Shown: in pieces, positions 34,406 to 43,654 of the stretch
Numbering within the stretch: the first letter of the stretch is position 1
Layout: each line of letters begins with the position of its first letter
Source: Escherichia phage vB_EcoM_P54
Direction: 5' to 3' (one strand)
Sequence record: PV390658.1
DNA length: 64,000 nucleotides
The notes under the pieces: model-generated
What the model saw: the letters and a program-made list of their open reading frames with translations, nothing else
Told to the model about the DNA's origin: nothing
Database searches by the model: none
Made by a program: the position numbers and the translations under genes

Positions 34406-34555
34406 TTACTGGAAGTTGTGCTTATCTTTAGAAGCTGCTTTACGTGCAGTTTTTCCAGTTCTTACACGCTTCTCTTCATAGTATTTTGCTGGTTTTCCAG
34501 CAGTGGCTTTTAAGGAATCCCCAAAAACTTTTTCAAATGCTTTAGAGTGTTTCAT
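34406..34555 (-). CDS. small basic protein (49 aa)
   Basis: Not in the ORF track; ATG at 34555 forms an ATGA overlap with the upstream stop. Confidence 0.3.
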   Translation of the reverse strand: MKHSKAFEKVFGDSLKATAGKPAKYYEEKRVRTGKTARKAASKDKHNFQ

Positions 34556-34845
34556 GATATTCTCCGATATACTTGATATTCAAACACATTTTCTTTAATT
34601 ATAAAGAGCCAACCAATATTATGTCGAGGTATAGTAATAGTGACTGTTATCATACTGTGATGGAACTTTTCTTCTACCTCAACACCTCCATCACATTTCA
34701 TGTAGAGCATTCTATAGAACCTATCAACCTTTGTCAAACACTCTTCCTGAAATTCATTTAAACTTTTTTCTTCAAAGAATGGTATGAACCCCTCTCTTTT
34801 ATAACTATCACTCAGTTTCAAACGGGCAGTCATCTGCATCCTCAC
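34552..34845 (-). CDS. hypothetical protein (97 aa)
   Basis: ORF from the track. Confidence 0.45.
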   Translation of the reverse strand: MRMQMTARLKLSDSYKREGFIPFFEEKSLNEFQEECLTKVDRFYRMLYMKCDGGVEVEEKFHHSMITVTITIPRHNIGWLFIIKENVFEYQVYRRIS

Positions 34846-36793
34846 TTAATACAGGTGGAATCGTTGAGCTTTGACGCTGTTCTTCAGTATAGACTTCACC
34901 AGTCTCACGGTCAAACACTTCATCCTCATAATGAGGTAAAGAGTCATCGTAATGGTCTTCAGCTTCACCAATACCAAACTGTTGACGAATATTTTCTGCT
35001 GCACCATCAATGTCAACACCACATCCAGAGGCTTTGATAAGACGTCCTGTATCTGGATTGTACCAAGTATGACCAGCAATACCTGTTGACTTACCATGAC
35101 GACGACACTTAGTTAACTTGATTTTTGTCAAGTTTTTCTTAACAGGGTCTGGGTCAACCTTGTTACGCATTAACAGAATGTTGTTCATGGAAATCTGGAA
35201 ATACGCACCAGAACCTTTAATGTCCTCTTCAGAGATATCTCCACCTTCAGAGTTAGCTTTCTGACCACCTGCACTCTTACGAACGTGACATACGTTTACC
35301 TGCGCATACTGGTAGCGTTTGCAACGACGCAATAGTTCAGACAAAACTTCCTCTTCATCCGTATCGGAACGTGACAGAGCCAATGTAATAGGGTCAAGAA
35401 TAATAATCTTACAGTCTAAACTGTTAACAAGATAGTCAACAAACTCCAGCAAATTATCTTGGTCAATTGCCCCTTGATGGTCTACGATATGGATACGACG
35501 ACCTTTAGATAGCTCTGCGTGTGCTTCCTTCAATTCATCCCAATCACGTTCGTCATAAGGAATCTCAGAAATCTGCTTGCTTAGATGAATTGCACAGAGC
35601 ATCTCCATCAACTCTTCATAGGTATCTTCTACAGGAATTACACCGATATTATAATCAGTTTCCTTCCAAGCAGTGTAAATCATTTCACGGGTATATGCTG
35701 ATTTACCTACTGAAGATGGTGCTGCCAGAGTTGTAATCTCACCTAAACCGTAACCACCATAAGTCAACCTGTTCAAATCCCCGAAAGATTCTGGGAAAGG
35801 AATCAATGGAATCTGACCACGATTCTTCATTGCCTCAAAACCATCTGCAAAGTTCTTGATACCAGCAGGGCAGTAACGAGGTGCGTTGTAGATACGCTGC
35901 TTAAATCCTTCCAGAACTGTATCTTTCTCTTTATAGAACTTTGTCCACCATTCGTTAAGGTCTTTTACACCTTCTGGATACTGGAATAAACGAACCTTCT
36001 CAATAGGTAGGATACCAGCAGCCTCTTTGGTAGCTTTAGCACCTGCTTCATCATTATCAAAGCACAAGTAAATCTCATCAAATGATGTGATGTACTGATA
36101 GTTGTCTTTGATAGACTTAATGTTTGCACCTGATGGAACAGATACGTGGCAGTAATTCTTACGACGAGACTTATCTTTAATCGCCAGAGAAGTCATGTAG
36201 ATTGCTGTAGCGCATTCCATCTCACCTTCCCAGATGAATAAACGGTTACCACCTTCTGGAGCAATCCATGAACCGAACATTGCCAGTTCACCTTTAATAT
36301 CTCCGACACCACCTGAAAAGTCTTTTAGCTTACCACGTAGGTGTTCTTTTGGATGGTCTTCTGGGTAACGGTGACGAACACGGTAGCCAACATGTTCTAG
36401 CTTGCCATCTTCATTACGTTTGTAAGTTGGATAGAAATGTGCATCAATTTCACCATCACTATCAATGTCAACCTTGATACCTAAACGTTCAAGGACTTTT
36501 GCAGGAATCTTCCTATCTTTCAAGTCCATTGCTTCTAGGTTTTCTTTTACATCATCTAAATCCATTCCACGGAAAGTACGGTTTTTATTATCTGAACCAG
36601 TAGAATAAGTGCTCACGATTTGTCCTTTATCAAAATCCCACTCTGGGAAACCTTTGTTACAGCTAAAGCAAGTCATCGAATAAGAATCATCGTCATGATG
36701 GTAGATTGAACCAGCATCTGATGAACCACAACGTGGACATGCACAATGACCAATAAACTGACCAGCCTCTTTCAATTTACGACCTTTAGACAT
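34808..36793 (-). CDS. DNA primase-helicase (T7 gp4-like)
   Basis: N-terminal zinc ribbon CACPRCGSS...CFSCNKGF; Walker A APSSVGKS in the C-terminal helicase half; start moved from GTG at 36799 to ATG at 36793. Confidence 0.8.
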   Translation of the reverse strand: MSKGRKLKEAGQFIGHCACPRCGSSDAGSIYHHDDDSYSMTCFSCNKGFPEWDFDKGQIVSTYSTGSDNKNRTFRGMDLDDVKENLEAMDLKDRKIPAKVLERLGIKVDIDSDGEIDAHFYPTYKRNEDGKLEHVGYRVRHRYPEDHPKEHLRGKLKDFSGGVGDIKGELAMFGSWIAPEGGNRLFIWEGEMECATAIYMTSLAIKDKSRRKNYCHVSVPSGANIKSIKDNYQYITSFDEIYLCFDNDEAGAKATKEAAGILPIEKVRLFQYPEGVKDLNEWWTKFYKEKDTVLEGFKQRIYNAPRYCPAGIKNFADGFEAMKNRGQIPLIPFPESFGDLNRLTYGGYGLGEITTLAAPSSVGKSAYTREMIYTAWKETDYNIGVIPVEDTYEELMEMLCAIHLSKQISEIPYDERDWDELKEAHAELSKGRRIHIVDHQGAIDQDNLLEFVDYLVNSLDCKIIILDPITLALSRSDTDEEEVLSELLRRCKRYQYAQVNVCHVRKSAGGQKANSEGGDISEEDIKGSGAYFQISMNNILLMRNKVDPDPVKKNLTKIKLTKCRRHGKSTGIAGHTWYNPDTGRLIKASGCGVDIDGAAENIRQQFGIGEAEDHYDDSLPHYEDEVFDRETGEVYTEEQRQSSTIPPVLSEDADDCPFETE

Positions 36794-36986
36794 TAGCACC
36801 TCTTCGTTGTAGTTCTGCCTTCAATCCATTTTCAATCTTGTCCAGTTCATGAATCTCATCTGCAATCTCTTTCCTTCGTGATTCAACTCTCTTAAGACGT
36901 TCAATCATTACCTCATTGGAAAGAGATGAGAGTTCCACTAAACGATGGTCAATAACCTTAAAATTATCTTTTACTCTCATCTTCAT
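36786..36986 (-). CDS. hypothetical coiled-coil protein (66 aa)
   Basis: ORF from the track. Confidence 0.45.
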   Translation of the reverse strand: MKMRVKDNFKVIDHRLVELSSLSNEVMIERLKRVESRRKEIADEIHELDKIENGLKAELQRRGANV

Positions 36987-36994
36987 TCTCTCTT

Positions 36995-37738
36995 TTAAAT
37001 TTTCAGGATAGCTCTTAGCTTGCTTTCAAGGTCTGCAAGAGTACCATTATTATGGATAATGTCACGCGCATATTTAGTAGAAATCCCATTTTCTGAAACA
37101 TGTGACGAAACCTTATCCACATTGTCTCTTTTTACTTCAATAATCTGGTGTGCAAATCTACTCAGCCACTCAGCTTCAGAGTCAAACCTTAAGTCACTGA
37201 TTAAAACAACACCCTCTTGATTCATAAGTGAACAAGATTCAAAGAAGCGAGCCATTCGTTTTTCAAGGTCTTTAGCCCAGAATTTGTCACCCATAACTTT
37301 ACGGATTACTTCAGTGCCCCAAATCTGTTGAATTTGTCTTGATGAGAATTTATACTTCTTGCTAAATCCCAGACGTGTCAATAGAGTTGGCTTAGCAACC
37401 TTCTTAAGTTCCATGATTAATCGTCCGGTTAACTCCGACATAAGCTTAAAGTCCATATGGTAACGTTCATCTCTGAAGGTGAACTCCATAGCTTCCGTAA
37501 CTTTACCCATAAGTTCAGAGTATGATAAATCAAAAACCTGTGGAGTCTCTTTAGTTTCACCGTACAGGTCATTCCACGTCAAGTCAAATATCTTTGATGC
37601 AGATAGCTTGAGATTGTCTGCATAGGCCATTACTGCAACATTGTAGCCATACTCATCTTCTAGGATATTCTTAACAATAGAGCATGAGGTATCTTTTCCA
37701 GAACGTGCCTTTCCAGTAAATGCGATAATATTACTCAT
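36995..37738 (-). CDS. deoxynucleoside monophosphate kinase
   Basis: P-loop FTGKARSGKDT; C-terminal NNGTLADLESKLRAIL resembles T4 gp1 NDGSLEELFSKIKNTL. Confidence 0.75.
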   Translation of the reverse strand: MSNIIAFTGKARSGKDTSCSIVKNILEDEYGYNVAVMAYADNLKLSASKIFDLTWNDLYGETKETPQVFDLSYSELMGKVTEAMEFTFRDERYHMDFKLMSELTGRLIMELKKVAKPTLLTRLGFSKKYKFSSRQIQQIWGTEVIRKVMGDKFWAKDLEKRMARFFESCSLMNQEGVVLISDLRFDSEAEWLSRFAHQIIEVKRDNVDKVSSHVSENGISTKYARDIIHNNGTLADLESKLRAILKI

Positions 37739-37757
37739 TTTGCCTCCCTTAATTACT

Positions 37758-37781
37758 AAAAAGCCCCCAACTAAGGAGGCT
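37758..37781 (-). terminator. rho-independent terminator
   Basis: A-run then AGCCCCC-AACTAA-GGAGGCT hairpin; inverted copy of the motif at 1057-1085. Confidence 0.55.
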
Positions 37782-37799
37782 TGTAAGATTTATAAAGAC

Positions 37800-38612
37800 T
37801 TAGTGCAGTTGGTCACTAGTAATTTGTGAGTGCTCTTTTTCAGCCATAGCTGAGATTTGCTTCACAAAATCATCGCCGAAGTTAATGCGAAGCTTCTCTT
37901 CAATGATTGAAGCACCGATGCTTACCAAAACATCATTGATTGCTTGCATACTCACACCACCAGTCATGCTCTCAATGAACTCAATGCTTGTACCCATCAT
38001 CTGTGAAAGTTGGATTAGTGCAACGATATTCATCATCGTAGAGATAGCTGGAATCATCAATGCAACTTTCACCTGTAGTGGCTCTACATCAGCTACAGAG
38101 TCATCTTTCACAGCTTCTGCTAAAGAGTCTTTAGTTTGCTGGATAATCTCTTTGATTCGTGGGTTTAACTCTTCTACACCCCAATCAAGTTTTTCATATC
38201 GTGACAGCTTCTCTTCCATTCGCTTCTCAAGAGCAGCCATAACAGCACTCGTTGACGAAATTAACAGGTCAACTAGCTCATTATTATCTAAGAGCAGTAG
38301 CGAGTCTTTTTCTTCAGGTGTCATGGCAATATAGTCATTTTTCTGCATCTCATAAAAAATGAACTCTGCAAGAGCATCAACACCTACAACAATAGATGCT
38401 AAGGCAAGCTTTTTGTCACACAGCATCATATTAACCTGTTCTGCAAAAGCACCGTTATCAGACTTGTCTTTAGGCAAGTTATAGCTTGCAGGCATAAACT
38501 GTTCTGTGTAGTTGTTTCCACGAAGAATCATAGCCATGCTTTCTACGGCATTGATTAAGAATGCTTCGTCAATACCTTTTTCTTCAAGCATCTGGTCTAC
38601 AGTAGTGTTCAT
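37800..38612 (-). CDS. hypothetical protein (270 aa)
   Basis: ORF from the track. Confidence 0.55.
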   Translation of the reverse strand: MNTTVDQMLEEKGIDEAFLINAVESMAMILRGNNYTEQFMPASYNLPKDKSDNGAFAEQVNMMLCDKKLALASIVVGVDALAEFIFYEMQKNDYIAMTPEEKDSLLLLDNNELVDLLISSTSAVMAALEKRMEEKLSRYEKLDWGVEELNPRIKEIIQQTKDSLAEAVKDDSVADVEPLQVKVALMIPAISTMMNIVALIQLSQMMGTSIEFIESMTGGVSMQAINDVLVSIGASIIEEKLRINFGDDFVKQISAMAEKEHSQITSDQLH

Positions 38613-38613
38613 A

Positions 38614-39036
38614 TTATTTCTCTCTCAGTTGGTTAAGTTTCTTTCTAGAACATTTTAAGTTTTCTGATGAAGAAAAGTCAAGTGTCTTTTCAGAACGTGG
38701 ATAGTAATGTCTATCCCAAGAAGTTTCAACATCGTTAATCAGTGACGCTAGATTACACAGGTCTGTACCACTTTGCAACCTCTTTTTAAGAGAATCTAGT
38801 AAAGCAACTGTGTCTTTAGCTTTACGTCTCGCTGTAGCAACATCTTTCATATGCTCAAATACAGAGCATTTTAAGTCATCTTCATAGTTTTCAGACAACT
38901 CTATTTCATGTTGTATATCAACCATTCTCCTGTGATGGTGAGCATATTCCCGTTGAGCAGCAATGTCAAGTTCTTCCAACTTCTGCAAAGCTCTAACAAA
39001 GTCAGCTATGTCTGGGTGAACAAACATTTTCTGCAT
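38614..39036 (-). CDS. hypothetical protein (140 aa)
   Basis: First gene of the leftward unit leaving the divergent region. Confidence 0.55.
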   Translation of the reverse strand: MQKMFVHPDIADFVRALQKLEELDIAAQREYAHHHRRMVDIQHEIELSENYEDDLKCSVFEHMKDVATARRKAKDTVALLDSLKKRLQSGTDLCNLASLINDVETSWDRHYYPRSEKTLDFSSSENLKCSRKKLNQLREK

Positions 39037-39293
39037 GTAAGCCTCTTTTAAGTAACTATTAAGTTTTAATCTTTTATCTTAACGTATTCTATACGTTATA
39101 CTTTAAAGCTTTTTAAAAGCTATTAAATAATCTTTTAAGAGTTTTAAAGTATCTGTATAGTTAAACTGTTAAGTAACCTTTTAAGTAAAAACCCACTTCG
39201 CAAAGATTAACACCTTGTCAAGTACATTGTCAACTTGCTTTTTATAATTTTTTGCAGTAATGTATGAGGTTAATGATTTTAGAGGGAGTAAAA
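39037..39293. promoter_or_regulatory. divergent intergenic control region
   Basis: 257-bp AT-rich spacer between leftward and rightward units; TATAAT at 39243-39248, two TTGTCA copies at 39215 and 39227 at non-canonical spacing; AGAGGGAG SD before the polymerase ATG. Confidence 0.4.
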
Positions 39294-41993
39294 ATGGAAA
39301 ACGTAGATTTTAAAAACTTACATTTAGTTGGTGATACAGAAACTGATGGTTTACTCCTTGAGTTCACTAAGGTGCACGTAATGGCTTTCGCAGACTATAA
39401 ATCTGACGACGAAGAGCCACCTGTATGGGTCTTTACAGATGAACCTATCCTCGGTCACAAGTATACCAAGTACATTAAGGGTGGTTTGCGTGAAGGTATT
39501 GAGTTTGCGTTAAAGGCAAAACGACTTTGCATCCATAATGGTTTAGGATATGACTGGTGGGTTTTCAATCACATTGCACCTGATTTGTGGAACTTTGATA
39601 ATCCAAAGTGTAAGCCGTGGAGTAATTTCTTTCAGGATTCTCTTATCCAGTCTCGTGTTCAATGGATGGATAGACCAACTCCAAAAGGCTATAAAGGTGC
39701 TCATGGCTTGGCAGCATGGGGTGCTCGTGTTGGTGTCCGTAAACCAGAGATTGAACATTGGGGTGTGTGGAATGCAGAAATCTTCACTCGTGTTGTGGAA
39801 GATATCCGTATTAACGCCAAAACTAAACGTGCACTGGATAATGAATATCTCAAGCTGAAGAAGTGTGGCGTAGATACTTATGAAACCTACATGCGAGCTA
39901 AAGAAACATCTTTCTGGATGAGTCAACAAGCTATCAATGGTTGGAAAGCTGATAAAGAGCTTATGGAGTTCCATGTAAAGGAACTTGACAAGTTGACTAA
40001 TGAGCTTGCTTCAGAAGTTGAACCACATCTTCCTCCAACTATTAAGACCAAAGGTAAAGTCACTGGAGAAGAATTTGCAAAAGCTTGGAATGAGTATGTT
40101 GAAGCATTCGGTCATGCAGATGGACTGAAGAGAATTACTAAGTACCCTAAGACAAAGTATCGTCAGCAGGTACGTAATGGTGAGATGCAGACATATGAAA
40201 TCAAGCCATTTGGTAAACCAACTACCAAGATTTTTAACATTGAAAAGCGGAATTGCTATACACCAACCAACTCTGTAACTGGTGAAGAGTACAAGGAAGG
40301 CTTTGTAGCAATGAAGGATGCTCGTGCAATTTGCAATGAGTTGAATGCAAAGATTGGTAAGAAGTGCAAAGACTGGAAGCCAGTAAAAACAGTTAAAACT
40401 GTGAAGTACTATAACAGCCATGTTGTTAACCACTTTGAGCTTGAGTCAAGTCGCTACACAGGTTTGATTGATGCACCATATACACCAATTGAGTTCGAAG
40501 TTTCTCGTATGACTCAGGTAGCAGTTGTTAAAGACTACTTGAAATCAGTTGGTTGGATTCCAGATGACTGGAACTATAAGAAAGACTCTGATGGTCGTCC
40601 TGTTAAGGTTTGTCGCTTCAAAGACAACAAAAAGATGATTACAAAACATCCTAAGTGGGATGAGATGGTGGAACGGTGTGGTTTGAGTTATGTTGAACAC
40701 GAAGGTGTCCAGTACATTGAACATAACTGGTCTGTGAAGAAGTACACAGATTTGCTTGAGCCTTGCTTAATCCGTACTTCACCAAAACTTACTGAATCAT
40801 CTTATGATACAATTGAAGGTGAGCTTGGACAGAAGATTGCGAAATACTATACTTTGATGCACCGACGCAGAACTATTGAGAACTCAAAGGATGATGAAAA
40901 AGGTTGGTTGAACCAGATTCGTCCTGACGGTCGCCTTAGTGCTGGTGCAATGGTGTTTGGTACTTCAACTGGACGTATGACACAGTATGGTATTGTAAAC
41001 GTACCGTCTGGTGCTGCTGTCTATGGGGAACCAATGAGGGCAGTGTGGATTTGTGAAGAAGGTACTAACGTTGTCTCTGTAGACATGAACTCAGCCCAGC
41101 TAGTTCTTCTTTGTAACTTTATGGGTGACAAAGACTTCACTAAAGCGGTAACGCAAGGTAAAGAAGAGATTGAGTTTATTCGTCAAGAAGATGGACGCTA
41201 TTACTGCAAACATTTTGATGAGTACCTCAACCCAGAGATTGATAAGTACCTTCGCTATGACTCTGAGAATGACCTTTACGTTGTCTATTCAGGGACTGAT
41301 GCACACACACTGAACAGTATTTACTTTAGCTTGAATGATGAGCAGGATATCTTGACTTGTCGAGCTACTCAGGATGAGAACCTTCTCCATGAGATTAGCA
41401 AAGGTCGTAAGAAAGCTAAGAATGGTATCTATGCACTGCTGTTCGGTGCAGGTGATGAGAAGTTTGCTAAGACAATTAAGGCTGCAACTACTCAGGAAGG
41501 TGCACTGACTAAGCAGACTTACTTTATCCGTTTGCCTAAGATTAAGAAGCTGCTAGATGACTTGGAAGCTGACTACAAAGCAACTAAGAAGGCACTTGAA
41601 GAGGTGTTTGGTAAGACCGCTGCAATCTCTAAAGGGGGTTTTGTAAAGGTTGCTGGAGCTTGGTTGTGGTGTAAATCTCCACACAAACTGTTGAACTATC
41701 TTTTGATGGGTTCAGAGGCTCAGATTCAAAATGAGGCGATTAACCTTGCTTGTCGTCGTATGATTGACGAAGGTTTGATGAAGTTGAATGGTCGTCAACC
41801 AGCTATTGGTGCTCGTTTGCTCTGCGCATATCACGACGAGACGAGTTGGGAATGTCCAGAGAGTATGACGGCAGATGTGAAAGCAGTTACTGACTGGTAT
41901 TATGGGCAAGCTTCTAAAAACTTAGGTCTTAAGAAAGAAACGCTTGTTACAGGCACTGGTAAGGTTGGCAAAAGCTGGCTTGAAGTACACTAA
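39294..41993 (+). CDS. DNA polymerase, family A, with 3-prime to 5-prime exonuclease domain
   Basis: Exo I motif VGDTETDG; motif A-like VDMNSAQLVLL; motif B-like RKKAKNGIYALLFGAG; motif C YHDE; start moved to ATG at 39294. Confidence 0.85.
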   Translation: MENVDFKNLHLVGDTETDGLLLEFTKVHVMAFADYKSDDEEPPVWVFTDEPILGHKYTKYIKGGLREGIEFALKAKRLCIHNGLGYDWWVFNHIAPDLWNFDNPKCKPWSNFFQDSLIQSRVQWMDRPTPKGYKGAHGLAAWGARVGVRKPEIEHWGVWNAEIFTRVVEDIRINAKTKRALDNEYLKLKKCGVDTYETYMRAKETSFWMSQQAINGWKADKELMEFHVKELDKLTNELASEVEPHLPPTIKTKGKVTGEEFAKAWNEYVEAFGHADGLKRITKYPKTKYRQQVRNGEMQTYEIKPFGKPTTKIFNIEKRNCYTPTNSVTGEEYKEGFVAMKDARAICNELNAKIGKKCKDWKPVKTVKTVKYYNSHVVNHFELESSRYTGLIDAPYTPIEFEVSRMTQVAVVKDYLKSVGWIPDDWNYKKDSDGRPVKVCRFKDNKKMITKHPKWDEMVERCGLSYVEHEGVQYIEHNWSVKKYTDLLEPCLIRTSPKLTESSYDTIEGELGQKIAKYYTLMHRRRTIENSKDDEKGWLNQIRPDGRLSAGAMVFGTSTGRMTQYGIVNVPSGAAVYGEPMRAVWICEEGTNVVSVDMNSAQLVLLCNFMGDKDFTKAVTQGKEEIEFIRQEDGRYYCKHFDEYLNPEIDKYLRYDSENDLYVVYSGTDAHTLNSIYFSLNDEQDILTCRATQDENLLHEISKGRKKAKNGIYALLFGAGDEKFAKTIKAATTQEGALTKQTYFIRLPKIKKLLDDLEADYKATKKALEEVFGKTAAISKGGFVKVAGAWLWCKSPHKLLNYLLMGSEAQIQNEAINLACRRMIDEGLMKLNGRQPAIGARLLCAYHDETSWECPESMTADVKAVTDWYYGQASKNLGLKKETLVTGTGKVGKSWLEVH

Positions 41994-42054
41994 TTAGTAT
42001 TGACAAGGTGCTCATGGAAGAGTACCTTATACTATATCTTGTATAGGAGGTCAC

Positions 42055-42273
42055 ATGACACTTTCAGAGATTGAAGTTCAGTTGCAATGTGCAGGTTATT
42101 CTCAAAAAGAGATTGAAGGGATGTTTATTGTTCTTTGCAGTAGCTGTAGGAATTTGAAGGTAAACCCTGAAGTTCTACGTAGAGTAGATATCTTTATTGC
42201 TGGAGATAAAATCGCAAAAGATAAGACAGGCTACTTAAAAGGTGAGCGTGTAAATATTGAGAGTTTACTATGA
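42055..42273 (+). CDS. small protein (72 aa), paralog of 42476..42694
   Basis: AGGAGG SD; C-terminus GDKIAKDKTGYLKGERVNIESLL. Confidence 0.55.
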   Translation: MTLSEIEVQLQCAGYSQKEIEGMFIVLCSSCRNLKVNPEVLRRVDIFIAGDKIAKDKTGYLKGERVNIESLL

Positions 42274-42479
42274 GCCACCGTGGAAGAACCCATGCAGCGA
42301 TGATGAAAGGTGCTTCAAAGGAAACTATCAAGAACCGTAAGCAGAAGTTGTTTGAGAGAATGAACAGGTTAATTGACAATTCATCTCTTTCAGGTTCTGA
42401 GAAGGTTTTCTTGAAAGGTAATCTGAAAAGCATTGCACAAGAACTTATTGATATTGAATATTGGAGACATCAAAAATGA
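42270..42479 (+). CDS. hypothetical protein (69 aa)
   Basis: ATGA overlaps at both ends. Confidence 0.5.
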   Translation: MSHRGRTHAAMMKGASKETIKNRKQKLFERMNRLIDNSSLSGSEKVFLKGNLKSIAQELIDIEYWRHQK

Positions 42480-42694
42480 CACTTGCAGACGTTATTCAGC
42501 AACTTCACGATAATTGCTACACTCCTGAGTTGATTCAAGAGATGCTTATTGTGGTGATGCCTAGTAAGTTCTTAAAAGGTTTTAATCGTGAGGCTTTAAA
42601 GGTCGCACATATCCTTATCGTTGACGGTAAGATTGCAAGAGACCGTACAGGTGTTCTTAAGGGTGAACGCATTGATATCTTGGAATTGTTATGA
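42476..42694 (+). CDS. small protein (72 aa), paralog of 42055..42273
   Basis: ORF-track start 42461 is TTG; ATG at 42476 after GGAG; C-terminus DGKIARDRTGVLKGERIDILELL. Confidence 0.55.
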   Translation: MTLADVIQQLHDNCYTPELIQEMLIVVMPSKFLKGFNREALKVAHILIVDGKIARDRTGVLKGERIDILELL

Positions 42695-42870
42695 ATAGGT
42701 TATATAGTCTCTGGGGAAGGATGGGTAAAGACTCTGATTGGAACCTACTAAAAACAAACGTAAAAAGTAATGAGATAGCGTACTACAAAATTCATTACTA
42801 CAAAACTTTCAGAGAGCTTGAGTATCGTGAACAACAGACAGGAGAAGTATTATGTGGAAATCAGTAATTG
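42691..42870 (+). CDS. small hypothetical protein (59 aa)
   Basis: Not in the ORF track; ATGA overlap with the upstream gene; 3-prime end overlaps the next SD. Confidence 0.3.
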
Positions 42871-43088
42871 TGCTTGGTGTTATTTTTCTAGCTGGCTGCA
42901 ACCCTTCTTATGAAGATAAAAATGCTTCTTATAGCCTCCCACCAGAGATGCAAGATTGCAAAGTCTATAAGTTGCATGGTGATGCCATAAGTAGAGATAT
43001 TGTTGTTGTCAGATGTCCAAACTCTCAAACAACAACATCTTATAGTTATGGAAAAAATGGTCAATCACACACTACGGTTATTGAGTGA
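42852..43088 (+). CDS. small lipoprotein (78 aa)
   Basis: Signal peptide VIVLGVIFLAGC with lipobox LAGC; strong AGGAGAAG SD. Confidence 0.55.
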   Translation: MWKSVIVLGVIFLAGCNPSYEDKNASYSLPPEMQDCKVYKLHGDAISRDIVVVRCPNSQTTTSYSYGKNGQSHTTVIE

Positions 43089-43098
43089 GGTTTTCACG

Positions 43099-43305
43099 AT
43101 GGAAGTCCTAGTAAACTATATCTATTGTTATGATGTTGTTCACTCCACTACAACCGTAGCTCAACGTAACCCAATTGTCCCACGAGAAGGTGAATTGGTT
43201 CGCATTGAGGGTTGGACTTACACTGTGGAAAGTATCATTCATAAGTTTGATGTTGCTGGTGATGTTCAAGTTATCGACGTAGAGATTGGTGGTAAGAGAA
43301 AATGA
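43099..43305 (+). CDS. hypothetical protein (about 68 aa)
   Basis: ORF-track 43000..43305 overlaps the lipoprotein gene; ATG at 43099 has GTGAGG SD. Confidence 0.4.
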   Translation: MEVLVNYIYCYDVVHSTTTVAQRNPIVPREGELVRIEGWTYTVESIIHKFDVAGDVQVIDVEIGGKRK

Positions 43306-43461
43306 AACCTAAGCAAACAATGACAGATGCAACCTTCACAGTACACAGCTTCGAAAGGTTGCACATCAAAGATACAAAAGATACACCAAAATGCGTTGTA
43401 CATTTTATTAAAAGGAGTAGTAACATGTCCTATATGAAATCTGACAAAGGCAATAGCACAA

Positions 43462-43653
43462 ATGAATAAAGAAGACAAGCATAAAAATGCTGTACGGACT
43501 CCTGATGGAAAGGTTCAATCCTTCATCCTGACAGTTGGTGGAAAGCCGTTTCGTTGCCACTGCGGAGCAAACTGTTTTCATAAACCAGATAAAAATGACT
43601 TAGAGCTTTACGCATGTAATGCTTGTAATACTTGGTATCACTCAGAGGAATAA
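43462..43653 (+). CDS. small Cys-rich zinc-ribbon protein (63 aa)
   Basis: CHCGANC ... CNACN motifs; stop immediately before the ligase SD. Confidence 0.45.
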   Translation: MNKEDKHKNAVRTPDGKVQSFILTVGGKPFRCHCGANCFHKPDKNDLELYACNACNTWYHSEE

Positions 43654-43654
43654 A

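Noticed and set aside
39215-39248. Canonical sigma70 promoter for the DNA polymerase gene
   Set aside because: A TATAAT hexamer exists at 39243-39248 but the two TTGTCA copies upstream are 22 and 10 nt away, not 17; recorded only as a control region.
39543-40433. ORFs 39543..39974 (-), 39550..39858 (+, alternate frame), 40011..40433 (-) and 41712..41909 (-) inside the DNA polymerase gene
   Set aside because: Overlap a gene with conserved family A polymerase motifs in the forward frame; no independent signals.
43427-43469. 14-codon mini-ORF (MSYMKSDKGNSTNE) with strong AAGGAG SD just before gene 43462..43653
   Set aside because: Could be a leader peptide, but it is in frame with a longer 55-codon alternative from 43302 and too short to support from sequence alone.
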